Assembly (NCBI GenBank): GCA_003241595.1
Contig: QFOU01000001.1
Location: 2,757 to 66,756 of the forward strand
DNA from: Pseudomonas fluorescens
Lineage (GTDB): Bacteria > Pseudomonadota > Alphaproteobacteria > UBA2136 > UBA6156
Reading direction: 5' to 3'
Length of the DNA: 64,000 nucleotides
Below, piece by piece: positions 46,815 through 56,024 of this stretch (the first letter of the stretch is position 1; every line of letters begins with the position of its first letter). The position numbers and the translations under genes were made by a program. The notes under the pieces were generated by a model that did not search any database, was not told the DNA's origin, and was given only the letters and a program-made list of their open reading frames with translations.

Positions 46815-47942
46815 TTACACGCGCATCGGCATCACGACAAAGGTCGTGGTGCTGTCGGCGGGGTCTTTCACCAGTACGGGTGAGGAAGCGTCTTTGAGGA
46901 AGAAGTGGATGTCGTCGCCGGAGATCTGGGTACCGATATCGGACAGGTACTTGGCGTTGAAGCCGATCTCGATGGGGGTGCCGGCGTATTCGGCCTTCAC
47001 TTCTTCGTTCGCGTTTTCTTGGTCCGGGTTGTTGGCGGACAAGGCCAGCGCATTCTCGATGGCATTGAAGCGGACGGAGCGGGTTTTCTCGTGACTGAGG
47101 ATGCTCACGCGGTCGACGGCTTGCAGCAGGCTGCGGCGGGCGACGGTCAGCTGGGTGGGGTTACCCTTGGGAATGACGCGGTCGTAATCGGGGTAAGTGG
47201 CATCGATCACTTTGCTGGTGAGGGTGATGTCGGTGGCTTCGGCCTGAATCTTCTTTTCCGACACCGTCAGGGTGATGTCCTTGGCTTCGTCGGCCAGCTT
47301 CTTCAGCTCGGTGACGCATTTGCGGGGCAGGATGACGGCGGGCATGTCGGCAGCGCCTTCCGGGCAGGTCATGTCGGCCTTGGCGAGACGGTGGCCATCG
47401 GTGGCGACGGTACGCAGCAGTTTGACCTTTTCGCCTTCGACTTCCTCTTCGATCACATGGAAGTAGACACCGTTGAGGTACGCGCGGGTTTCATCGGTGG
47501 AGGCGGCGAATTGGACGCGGTCGAGCGCCTTCTTCAGCTCGGTGGCGGTGAGTTTGAAGCTCACGCCGTCTTCGACCTTGGTCATGTCGGGGAAGGCTTC
47601 GGCCCCCAGAGTGGCGAGGCTGAACTTGGCTTTGCCGGCCACGACGGCAAGGCGGGAGCCACCATCGGTGAGTTCGAGGCTGACCATCACGCCTTCGGGA
47701 ATCTTGCTGACGATCTCGAACAGCTTGAGCGCGCCGACGGTGGTGGTACCGGCCTGGTCGACAAAGGCTTCGGCAATACCTTGCACGGAGAGATCGTTAT
47801 CGGTGGCGGTGGTTTCAAGGCGGTTGTTTTCCGCCTTGAGACGCACGTTGCCAAGAATGGCAATGCTGCTACGTTTTTCGACGACCGCGGACATGTGGCG
47901 GAGGGCTTTGAAGAGAGTTTCGCGCGAGATAGAGAGTTTCAT
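46815..47942 (-). CDS. dnaN: DNA polymerase III subunit beta (sliding clamp)
   Basis: 375 aa, three-domain clamp pattern. The C-terminal VMPMRV motif is characteristic of beta clamps. Confidence 0.95.
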   Translation of the reverse strand: MKLSISRETLFKALRHMSAVVEKRSSIAILGNVRLKAENNRLETTATDNDLSVQGIAEAFVDQAGTTTVGALKLFEIVSKIPEGVMVSLELTDGGSRLAVVAGKAKFSLATLGAEAFPDMTKVEDGVSFKLTATELKKALDRVQFAASTDETRAYLNGVYFHVIEEEVEGEKVKLLRTVATDGHRLAKADMTCPEGAADMPAVILPRKCVTELKKLADEAKDITLTVSEKKIQAEATDITLTSKVIDATYPDYDRVIPKGNPTQLTVARRSLLQAVDRVSILSHEKTRSVRFNAIENALALSANNPDQENANEEVKAEYAGTPIEIGFNAKYLSDIGTQISGDDIHFFLKDASSPVLVKDPADSTTTFVVMPMRV

Positions 47943-48066
47943 GGGGGCAGACTAGGCCGATTTACAGGCTCCGCCAAGCACTGTGGTTAGAATGTGTGCA
48001 GAATGTCACAGTGGGGTGAAAGGTGCAGGTCAGAAAAACCGCCTTGCGGCGGTTTTTGGAAGGTTG

Positions 48067-49587
48067 TTAGCGACCCTGGAGGGTGCGGGTGACCATTTCA
48101 ATCTGCTCAGCCAGCTGGCTGTCGCGCGGGATGAGCGAGTTGATGGTTTCGCAGGCGTGGATGACCGTGGTGTGATCGCGGCCACCGAAGGCACGACCGA
48201 TATCCGGATAACTGCGGTTGGTAAGCTGTTTGGACAAGTACATGGCCACCTGACGCGGACGGGCCACCTCACGCGCGCGGCGGGGGGAGTGCATGTCGGC
48301 GACACGAATATTGAACTGGGTGGCGACCTTCTGCTGGATATCATCAATAGTGATGACACGCGTGTAAACACGGAAGAGGTCGCGCAGCTGTTCGCGGGCG
48401 AGATCGGGCGTCAAGGCTTCGCCAGTGAGGCGGGCGTAGGCGACCAGACGGTTGAGCGCGCCTTCGAGCTCGCGCACGTTGCTGGCGATATGCTGGGCCA
48501 GCAATTGCAGCACGGCGGGCGACATTTCGAAATTCAGACTTTCGGCCTTGGCTTGCAGAATGGCGAGACGGGTCTCTTCTTCCGGCGCGTGTACTTCGAT
48601 AGTAAGGCCGGAGCCGAGGCGCGACTTGAGGCGGTCTTCCAGGTTCGGCAGCTCGTGGGGGGAGCGATCGGCGGTGAGGACGATCTGCTTACCTTCCTGC
48701 ACGAGGGTGTTGAAGGTGTGGAAGAATTCCTCCTGCGTCGCATCCTTGCCGGCGATGAACTGGATGTCGTCGATCATCAGGATATCCACGCCGCGGAAGA
48801 TCTCCTTGAAGGCCAGTGTGTTCTTGTCCTTAAGGGCACGAATGAACTTGTAGAGGAACTGCTCGGACGACAGGTACAGAATAGTGGTGTTCGGCTTGAC
48901 GGCCGTTACGGCGTGGCCGATCGCGTGCATCAGGTGGGTTTTGCCAAGACCCACGCCGCCATGGAGGAAGAACGGGTTAAAAGCGGGATGACCATCCTGT
49001 ACGGCCTTGGCCACACCCTGGGCGGCCGCGAATGCGAACTGGTTGGACTTACCGGTCACGAACTGCTCGAAGGTGTAGCGGTTATCGAGACGGGAACCAG
49101 TGAGCCACTCCGGCAGATTGGCGGACTCGCTGGGGGCTTCCGGCAGCATGGCGGGACCGCCGGTAATGGAGGGAGCCGCTTGCGGTTGGGCTGCACCGAA
49201 ACCGGGGGTGAAGTTCTGACCAAAGCTGGATGAGGGCTGCGAATGGCTGAATTGCGGCGCGACCTGCAGACCGATCTGCAGCGCCATGCCGGTTGCGGAT
49301 TCGAGCATCGCCTGCAGCTGGGTCACGTAGTGTTTTTCCACCCACTGGACGATGAAGGCTGTCGGGGCCGACAGGGTCAGGCGGGTGCCTGCGATGTTCA
49401 CAATCTTGAGAGGCGCCAACCATGCGGCGTAATCGGCGCTGCCTACCGAGGATTCCAGTTGAGGCTGGAGGTTGAGCCACGCTTCGGTCACGGCAGACGG
49501 CGATACCCCCTGCGGGACAACGGACATCGGTGACGCACCGGCAGTGGACGGAAACTGCGACGGAGGCACAGGCAGGGAGAAGGTCAT
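48067..49587 (-). CDS. dnaA: Chromosomal replication initiator protein DnaA
   Basis: AAA+ Walker A GGVGLGKTHL. DnaA box-binding C-terminal HTH (HTTVIHACE). Start chosen at MTFSLPV with an AAGGGG SD. The ATGs at 49671 and 49527 are alternatives. Confidence 0.93.
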   Translation of the reverse strand: MTFSLPVPPSQFPSTAGASPMSVVPQGVSPSAVTEAWLNLQPQLESSVGSADYAAWLAPLKIVNIAGTRLTLSAPTAFIVQWVEKHYVTQLQAMLESATGMALQIGLQVAPQFSHSQPSSSFGQNFTPGFGAAQPQAAPSITGGPAMLPEAPSESANLPEWLTGSRLDNRYTFEQFVTGKSNQFAFAAAQGVAKAVQDGHPAFNPFFLHGGVGLGKTHLMHAIGHAVTAVKPNTTILYLSSEQFLYKFIRALKDKNTLAFKEIFRGVDILMIDDIQFIAGKDATQEEFFHTFNTLVQEGKQIVLTADRSPHELPNLEDRLKSRLGSGLTIEVHAPEEETRLAILQAKAESLNFEMSPAVLQLLAQHIASNVRELEGALNRLVAYARLTGEALTPDLAREQLRDLFRVYTRVITIDDIQQKVATQFNIRVADMHSPRRAREVARPRQVAMYLSKQLTNRSYPDIGRAFGGRDHTTVIHACETINSLIPRDSQLAEQIEMVTRTLQGR

Positions 49588-49688
49588 GGGGAGCCCCTTC
49601 GCTGGTTGGTGATAGAGCAAGAATAGGGGTTTTAGAGGGAAGATGGCAAGAATAAAATTGAGAAAATTCAATGACTTAAATTAGCACA

Positions 49689-49722
49689 AAGCCCCACCCC
49701 CCGGAGTGCGGGAGATGGGGCT
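49689..49722 (-). terminator. Probable rho-independent terminator of rpsT (stem AAAGCCCCA/TGGGGCTT with C-rich loop)
   Basis: Inverted repeat 60 nt downstream of the rpsT stop on the minus strand, followed by TTTGTG. Confidence 0.5.
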
Positions 49723-49782
49723 TCAACCTGATTTTATGCAGCTTTTTCGCACCAACGTGAGTGGTGGAAAGAGCCGTACCGC

Positions 49783-50049
49783 TTACTTAGCGGCGGTCTT
49801 GATGCGAGCGGCAAGACGGCTGATCTTGCGGCTGGCGGCATGGCGACCGATGAAACCCTTTTGGGCGGCCTTGGACAGCTCGCTCATAGCGGTTTTGAAG
49901 GTGGCAGCTACAGCAGCGGAGTCACCGGCCTTGAGGGATTCTTCAAACTTCTTAACGAAGGTGCTGACGCGGGAGCGGCCGGCGCTGTTGGTGGCGTAGC
50001 GCTTGGAGTCTTGACGGATGCGCTTGCGTTGCTGGTTGGTGTGGGCCAT
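49783..50049 (-). CDS. rpsT: 30S ribosomal protein S20
   Basis: 88 aa basic protein (MAHTNQQRKRIRQDSKRYATN...), conserved S20 N-terminus. Confidence 0.9.
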   Translation of the reverse strand: MAHTNQQRKRIRQDSKRYATNSAGRSRVSTFVKKFEESLKAGDSAAVAATFKTAMSELSKAAQKGFIGRHAASRKISRLAARIKTAAK

Positions 50050-50208
50050 GGGTGGGATCTTTCCTCAGGTTGTGTGACGTGTGGTCAATTTGTTTGCACC
50101 ATGCCGCAGGGAGGGCGGGTTTGGGGCGTGGGCCGCACCTTAGTGGGTGTGGATAAGTTTGACAAGGGAAAAATAGGTGGTCAAGGATTATAGATATTTG
50201 CCACCGAT

Positions 50209-51474
50209 TCAGGTCAGAAGCCGCCCGACATCCGGCAGGTTGGGCAAGTGGCGCAACGGCTGAAGCAGGAACGGCACCGACACCGCCACAGCCCCCACGC
50301 CGGGGAGGCTGGACAGCACGCCCAACGCCCGCGTGAGATTGTTCTCGTGGCGCCAGGCTTCCGGCATGCGCGGCAGCATGTAGTTCAGGCCATCTTCCAG
50401 CAGCGGTTGGGCCGCATGCGAGGACAAGGCTTCGCCATAACGCTCCAAAGCCTCCAGATGCTGGAGATAACGCTGGATATGCGGGCGATTGGCGGGACTG
50501 AGCAGGTGTTGCCACGTACTTTGCAATTGCGGCCAGACATGGATACGCCAGTTACGCCAGATGGCGGGCGTGGGCCACGGCGCCCGGCCCCGACTGACAT
50601 GCGCCAGCAGACTGAAGAGAGGTTGGCCGCCAATCTGCGGCCAGCCCCCGAGGAAGCGATTCAGGGTGTTCTCTTCTTCCGCCGCCAAGGTAAGAGCGGC
50701 CAGCGCCTCTTGCGGCAGGGTGCTAGCATTGGGAAGGGCCGAGGGTAGCAGGATCGTGGTGAGATTCAGCCGCGCGGCCAGCTCCAGCGGGCTGACGGGC
50801 TCGTCACGGTGGCGCGTGGTCTTGGTGGTGAACAGGGAGAGATCGAGAAGATCCTGCTCAACCATGATGATCTGGAGGGCCGGGCGCTTGCGGCGTTCCC
50901 AGACCGTGGTGGCGACCAGTCCCGCTTCTTCCAGCCATGTGTGGAGGGGATGGGGGTCGGTTGTGTCGAGCAGCAGGCCGTACCCTTCAATCTTGCGTTG
51001 GTAGACCAATGTCTCCAGCGTATGCAGGGCATGGCGGCGTTGGGCGAAGGTGGTGGAACTGCCCGGCTGCCAGACCACGAAGGGGGGAAGATGGGTGGGC
51101 AACGGTGTGACCTGCGAGGTGACCAGCAGCGGAATGCACGCCCCGGCATGCGGGCTTTGGCCAATGACGACCTGCGCCTGTGCCCATGTGCGGGGCGAGA
51201 CCAGCACCATATTGCAGCCGCCGTCCAGATAATCCTGCTGGTGGAGGTTTGCACGCCAATCGAGCGCCAGCTTGCCAAATGTACGGCCGAGACCTTCGTG
51301 CCACCAATCTGGCGACAGGCGCGGATCGGCCTGCCAGCAGGCATCGGCGTACTGTTTACTCGGTCCACGCGTATCGGGAGTCGATTCGTCGGGTGTGTCA
51401 TTCAGGTCGTGGTGGATACGCAGCATATTGCCACCATGCCAGACGCGGGCTTGCGCGCCAAGGCCTGCGCGCAT
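50209..51474 (-). CDS. Large Trp/His/Leu/Pro-rich hypothetical protein (about 420-480 aa)
   Basis: High GC3 codon usage consistent with a genuine gene. No motif recognised. Start chosen at MRAGL to avoid overlap with the divergent lipoprotein gene. The ORF extends to 51663. Confidence 0.45.
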   Translation of the reverse strand: MRAGLGAQARVWHGGNMLRIHHDLNDTPDESTPDTRGPSKQYADACWQADPRLSPDWWHEGLGRTFGKLALDWRANLHQQDYLDGGCNMVLVSPRTWAQAQVVIGQSPHAGACIPLLVTSQVTPLPTHLPPFVVWQPGSSTTFAQRRHALHTLETLVYQRKIEGYGLLLDTTDPHPLHTWLEEAGLVATTVWERRKRPALQIIMVEQDLLDLSLFTTKTTRHRDEPVSPLELAARLNLTTILLPSALPNASTLPQEALAALTLAAEEENTLNRFLGGWPQIGGQPLFSLLAHVSRGRAPWPTPAIWRNWRIHVWPQLQSTWQHLLSPANRPHIQRYLQHLEALERYGEALSSHAAQPLLEDGLNYMLPRMPEAWRHENNLTRALGVLSSLPGVGAVAVSVPFLLQPLRHLPNLPDVGRLLT

Positions 51475-51486
51475 AGAGTATGACGT

Positions 51487-51735
51487 ATGAAAAAGATATT
51501 GTTTGCCATCCCCCTGCTGGCCATGCCCCTTGCCGCCTGCGGCAAAGACGCGCCCTGCATCGTGTGTTACGAGGATGAGTGGAGCCGCGAGCCGTTCCCC
51601 GGCCAACCTAAGCAGCACCTTGGCACGTTGTCTCCGGACCAAGTGAAGCGCACCGGCGGACACCCCTCTCCGGCCCTTGCCGCCGAGTTTCTGGGAACCG
51701 TTTCGCCGAGTTCGGCGGATGGCACCCGCTGGTAA
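51487..51735 (+). CDS. Small lipoprotein (lipobox LAAC)
   Basis: MKKILFAIPLLAMPLAAC signal peptidase II-type signal. High GC3. Confidence 0.5.
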   Translation: MKKILFAIPLLAMPLAACGKDAPCIVCYEDEWSREPFPGQPKQHLGTLSPDQVKRTGGHPSPALAAEFLGTVSPSSADGTRW

Positions 51736-51786
51736 GATATCCGACGTTTCGTAAAATCCCTGTTTAACATTCCCTTAAGGAAAGAT

Positions 51787-52551
51787 ATGACCATGACCCT
51801 CCCGATGAAATCCCTTGGCTATTTGAGCGTGGGCGCCGTTGCCGGTTTTGCCGTAGGCGCCCTTGCCATGAATCTTGGCAGCACCAGCCGCGCCGAAGCC
51901 GCCACACCGGTCAATACCGCCGACAAAGCCGCCATTGAAGCCGTCGTGCGCGACTACATTGCCACCCATGGCGACGAGTTGATGAACAGCATTCAAGCCT
52001 CCATCAACGCTAAGCAGATGGACAAGATCAAGAACATCATCACCAAGGACACCCCGACCCGCGGCCCCGCCGACGCCCCCATCACCATCATTGAATTCAG
52101 TGATTTCCAGTGCCCCTTCTGCGCCCGCGTACAACCCAGCCTGAGCGAACTCAGCACCAAATACGGCAAGAACATCCGCTGGGTGTTCAAGAACCTGCCG
52201 CTGAGCTTCCATGACGAAGCCAAGCCGGCTGCCTACGCCGCACTGGCCGCCCAGAATCAGGGCAAATACTGGGAATATGCGGACAAGCTGTGGGCCAACC
52301 AAGCCAGCCTCGGCGACAAGACCTACGTGAAGATTGCCGAAGAGCTGAAGCTGGACATGGCCAAGTTCAACAAGGATCGTGCTGATAGCAAGCTGCAGGC
52401 CATTGTTGAAAAAGATCTTGAAGATGCGCAAGCTGCCGGTGCCCAAGGCACACCGCACTTCATCATCAACGGTGAGAGCATGAGCGGCGCCCTGCCGGCC
52501 TCGGAATTCATCAAGGTGATCGACGCCAAGCTGGATGCGGCCAAGAAGTAA
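51787..52551 (+). CDS. DsbA-family thiol:disulfide oxidoreductase (CPFC active site)
   Basis: Signal/TM N-terminus. Thioredoxin-fold block IIEFSDFQCPFCARV. Periplasmic. Confidence 0.8.
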   Translation: MTMTLPMKSLGYLSVGAVAGFAVGALAMNLGSTSRAEAATPVNTADKAAIEAVVRDYIATHGDELMNSIQASINAKQMDKIKNIITKDTPTRGPADAPITIIEFSDFQCPFCARVQPSLSELSTKYGKNIRWVFKNLPLSFHDEAKPAAYAALAAQNQGKYWEYADKLWANQASLGDKTYVKIAEELKLDMAKFNKDRADSKLQAIVEKDLEDAQAAGAQGTPHFIINGESMSGALPASEFIKVIDAKLDAAKK

Positions 52552-52585
52552 CCTTCTGATACGCCTCCTACATCCGACCTCCCCC

Positions 52586-53491
52586 ATGGCTCCGCAGGCA
52601 TTCGTTCCGATCCACCGTCGCCCCAAAAGCGAGTTAAAAGGGCCGGGTGCCGCCAAGCCGGAAAGCGCACCGGCGCCCAGTGCTGCCAAGGTGGTTGCTA
52701 AAAAGCCGGTTACAGCTCCTGCCAAGAGAGCGAAGAGCAGCAGCAGTTCCTTTCCCGTATTGCCCGCGCTTGCAGCGACCTTACTTGTATTAGGGGGTGC
52801 GCAGGCCGGCATATGGTGGTGGGGCAAAATGGGTGACACGCGTGCGCCGGTAAGCGTGGCCCACACCGCTACACCGCACGCGGTTGATGCGCCGCGCATG
52901 GTGGGCACGCTGAATGTTCCGCCGCTGCCGCAGAACCTGCAATTCGGTGATGTGCTGGGACGCGTGACCATTACCATCTTTTCCGATCCATCCTGCGGCG
53001 CCTGTCGTGCGCGGACCCGCGAGCTGATCGGCAGCCTGCCTGCTCAGGGTGTGCGCTATGTCTATAAATTCTGGCCTGACGACCCCAGCCATGCGACCCC
53101 CGGACTGTTGATGGAACTGGCGCGGCGTGAGGGAGCCATCGCCAAGTTCTGGGGTTTGATACAGGCCTCCGGCGCGGAGAATCTGGATGATACCGCCCTA
53201 CTCCATCTGCTGGATCGTGCCGGAGTTCCGCTTGCGGCACAGCGCGAAGCCCTTGCCGGCACGACACCGGCGCTGACACAAGCGCTTGAGCCGGACCTGC
53301 GAGCTGCCGCAACCGCCAACCTGCCCGCGCCGCCGGTATTGGTCGTGAACAGCGATGTACTGGACACCGCGAGCCTGACACCGACCAGTCTGAATCAATA
53401 CGTCGTACAGCTTTTAGGAGGTACGAATGCCGGGGGTGATACGCCTGTAGCCACCCGCAGCGGTTTACGGCATCTGCTCCCCAGCCGGTAA
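52586..53491 (+). CDS. Second DsbA-like thioredoxin-fold protein (CGAC active site) with Lys/Ala/Pro-rich N-terminal linker and TM anchor
   Basis: ITIFSDPSCGACRAR block. TM helix LPALAATLLVLGGAQAGIWWW. Overlaps the previous gene's end (tandem). Confidence 0.6.
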   Translation: MAPQAFVPIHRRPKSELKGPGAAKPESAPAPSAAKVVAKKPVTAPAKRAKSSSSSFPVLPALAATLLVLGGAQAGIWWWGKMGDTRAPVSVAHTATPHAVDAPRMVGTLNVPPLPQNLQFGDVLGRVTITIFSDPSCGACRARTRELIGSLPAQGVRYVYKFWPDDPSHATPGLLMELARREGAIAKFWGLIQASGAENLDDTALLHLLDRAGVPLAAQREALAGTTPALTQALEPDLRAAATANLPAPPVLVVNSDVLDTASLTPTSLNQYVVQLLGGTNAGGDTPVATRSGLRHLLPSR

Positions 53492-53550
53492 ACACCACCT
53501 CCCCACCAACTTCAAACCCGCCTTACGGCGGGTTTTTTGATGCGCGGCGA

Positions 53551-53781
53551 CTAGTGGTGGCCGCCGGGGGTGGCCATGGAGGCCTCGTAGATAAAGGTGT
53601 GCGAGCAATAGGGGCAGACCACGTGGGAAGGCTGGCCTTTGGCATCATCGACCATGGTCAGATACACCGACGGGTGTTTGCTGAACGACGGGCCGCTGCA
53701 CTTGACGCGCAGGTGGCCGGTGCGGGTGGTTTCGCCTTTGAAGGCGGCGGTTTTAAGATCGGGTGCGATAGCTTCGGACAT
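53551..53781 (-). CDS. Zinc-finger domain protein (zf-CHCC-like, CxxC...CPYC)
   Basis: 76 aa. HPSVYL..G...HVVCPYC block typical of the small CHCC zinc-finger family. Confidence 0.55.
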   Translation of the reverse strand: MSEAIAPDLKTAAFKGETTRTGHLRVKCSGPSFSKHPSVYLTMVDDAKGQPSHVVCPYCSHTFIYEASMATPGGHH

Positions 53782-53822
53782 GAGGATTTTCTACGTCGGT
53801 TAGTGGGTGTTGGCAACTGGTA

Positions 53823-55922
53823 TTAGACGGTGGCCACCGTGCGCAGTTTAGCGCGGGGGGATATCTCGGTTTGGGACAGCACGGAGACGGTGGGCAGGGC
53901 GCGTTCGATAAGGAGGCGGGCGAACGGGCGGGCGTTGGGCGAAGTCAGCAGAATGGGGGAGATGCCGCTGTTGAACTGGCGGGTAAAGGTATCCGACGTG
54001 GTGCGGAGGAAGGCCTGGATCTTATCCGGTGCCATGGCGAGCTGGCGTTCGGCACCGTCTTTATCGGTGAGGATGGCGTCGGTGAACTCGCGTTCCCACG
54101 CCGGGCTGAGGGCGACCACCGAGATGGAACCATCGCCAGCGGTGTGTTGGGCGGTGAGCTGGCGATTGATGCGGCTGCGTACGTGTTCGGTAAGCAGAGT
54201 AAGATTGCGCATGCCGACGACTTCGGACATGGCTTCGAGGATGCCGGGGAGATCGCGGATACTGACGCGTTCGCGCAGCAGGTTTTGCAGGACCTTTTGC
54301 AGAACCGGTTTGCTGATCTTATCGGGAATGAGTTCGTCGATGAGTTTGCCGTAGGTACCGCGCAATTCGTCGAGCAGTTTGTCGAGCTCGGTACGGGTGA
54401 GGAGATCGGCGAGGTTATCCTTCACGATCTCGGTGAGGTGGGTGACAACGACGTTGGCGTTATCCACCACGGTATAACCGTTGAACTGGGCATTTTCGCG
54501 CTGGTTCTCGTTAATCCAGCGGGCGGGCAGGCCGAAGGTGGGTTCTACCGTATCGCGGCCCTCGATGGCGGGCGCGGAGCCGCCGGAGGGGTCCATCGCC
54601 AGCAGCATGCCGGGTTCCAGTGCGCCGCCGCCGGCTTTGGTTTCCTTGATAAAGATCTGGTACTCACCCGGTTTAAGCTGGAGGTTATCCTGAATACGCA
54701 CAGACGGAATGACGAAGCCCAGATCGCGCGCGAGCTGGCGGCGGGTGGCCTTGATCTGTTCGGTAAGGCGGCCGCCCTTGCTTTCGTCGATAAGGTTGAG
54801 CAGGCCATAGCCCAGTTCGAGGCGGAGGGTATCGACGTGCAGCAGGCTGGCCAGAGGTGGCTCCGGCGGTTTGGCGGCAGCTGCGGCTTCGGCGGCGGCG
54901 GCTTCCACCTGCTCTTGCGAGGGTTGGGCAGCGGCTTTGGCCTGATTCTGCATGGTGTACCAACCGGCGGCACCGGCAGCGGCGGCCAGCAGCCAGAACG
55001 GCAGGATCGGCATATCCGGCAGGAAGGAAATGAGCACCAGCAGTCCGGAGGTGACGTAGAGGGCGCGCGGGCTGCTGGCCATCTGGTTGAAGACCACGGT
55101 ACCGGCACCCTGGTTGGTGCCGGACTTGGCGACCAGCATACCGGCGGCGATGGAGATGGTGAGCGCGGGAATATAGGCCACCAAACCATCACCCACGGTC
55201 ATTTTGACGTAGCGGTCGGCGGCTTCGGCGACGGTCATGTCGTGTTGCATAGTGCCGATGATGATGCCCACGATCACGTTGATGGCCGTGATGATGAGAC
55301 CGGCGATGGCATCGCCGCGCACGAATTTGCTGGCACCGTCCATGGCCCCGAAGAAGCCGGTTTCCTGCTCCAGTTCGGAGCGGCGGGTACGAGCCTGCTC
55401 TTCGTTGATGAGGCCGGCGTTGAGGTCGGCATCGATGGCCATCTGTTTACCGGGCAAGCTATCCAGCGTGAAGCGGGCGGCCACTTCGGCGATACGTCCC
55501 GAACCCTTGGTAATCACGATGAAGTTCACGAGGATCAGCACCGAGAAGATGACCAGACCGATCATGAAATTTCCGCCCATAATGACGTTACCGAAGGCTT
55601 CGATGATATGGCCGGCGGCCGCAGCGGTGGTGTGCCCCTCTTCCAGAATCAGGCGGGTGGAGGCCACGTTGAGCGCCAGGCGGAACGTGGTGGTGACCAG
55701 CAGCAGCATGGGGAACGAGGTGAACTCCAGCGCGCGCTTGACGAACATGACGGTGAGCAGGATGAGCACGCCCAGCGTGATGTTGGCGGCGATGAAGATA
55801 TCCATCATGAAGGCCGGCAGCGGGACGAAGAACATCACGATCAACCCGATGACGCCCATAGCCAGCAGCACGTCTTGCTGACGTGCATTGGCGAGAACTT
55901 GGCGGTAGTCGAGGGTGGCCAT
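53823..55922 (-). CDS. flhA: Flagellar biosynthesis protein FlhA (export gate)
   Basis: 699 aa. 8 TM N-terminal domain with conserved FHxxxx.GxxLL blocks. Large cytoplasmic C-terminal domain. Confidence 0.95.
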   Translation of the reverse strand: MATLDYRQVLANARQQDVLLAMGVIGLIVMFFVPLPAFMMDIFIAANITLGVLILLTVMFVKRALEFTSFPMLLLVTTTFRLALNVASTRLILEEGHTTAAAAGHIIEAFGNVIMGGNFMIGLVIFSVLILVNFIVITKGSGRIAEVAARFTLDSLPGKQMAIDADLNAGLINEEQARTRRSELEQETGFFGAMDGASKFVRGDAIAGLIITAINVIVGIIIGTMQHDMTVAEAADRYVKMTVGDGLVAYIPALTISIAAGMLVAKSGTNQGAGTVVFNQMASSPRALYVTSGLLVLISFLPDMPILPFWLLAAAAGAAGWYTMQNQAKAAAQPSQEQVEAAAAEAAAAAKPPEPPLASLLHVDTLRLELGYGLLNLIDESKGGRLTEQIKATRRQLARDLGFVIPSVRIQDNLQLKPGEYQIFIKETKAGGGALEPGMLLAMDPSGGSAPAIEGRDTVEPTFGLPARWINENQRENAQFNGYTVVDNANVVVTHLTEIVKDNLADLLTRTELDKLLDELRGTYGKLIDELIPDKISKPVLQKVLQNLLRERVSIRDLPGILEAMSEVVGMRNLTLLTEHVRSRINRQLTAQHTAGDGSISVVALSPAWEREFTDAILTDKDGAERQLAMAPDKIQAFLRTTSDTFTRQFNSGISPILLTSPNARPFARLLIERALPTVSVLSQTEISPRAKLRTVATV

Positions 55923-56024
55923 TTTGGTAGGGGATTATTCTTCTCTCTCTGGCGGTTACTTTGCCGGAAATGTGCAGCTTTGAAAAGCGCCGCGAGGCGC
56001 TTGGGGCCTAAGATTTAGGGTATT

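Noticed and set aside
46905-49233. Long plus-strand ORFs (361 and 416 aa) over dnaN and dnaA
   Set aside because: Antisense to two unmistakable replication genes. Gly/Asp/Val low complexity.
49588-49782. Possible oriC / DnaA-box cluster upstream of dnaA
   Set aside because: The gap is only about 110 bp and is mostly taken up by the rpsT terminator. No TTATCCACA-like boxes were seen by eye.
53871-56018. 715 aa plus-strand ORF rich in Gly/Asp/His/Glu
   Set aside because: Antisense shadow of flhA in GC-rich DNA. Low-complexity composition, no motifs.
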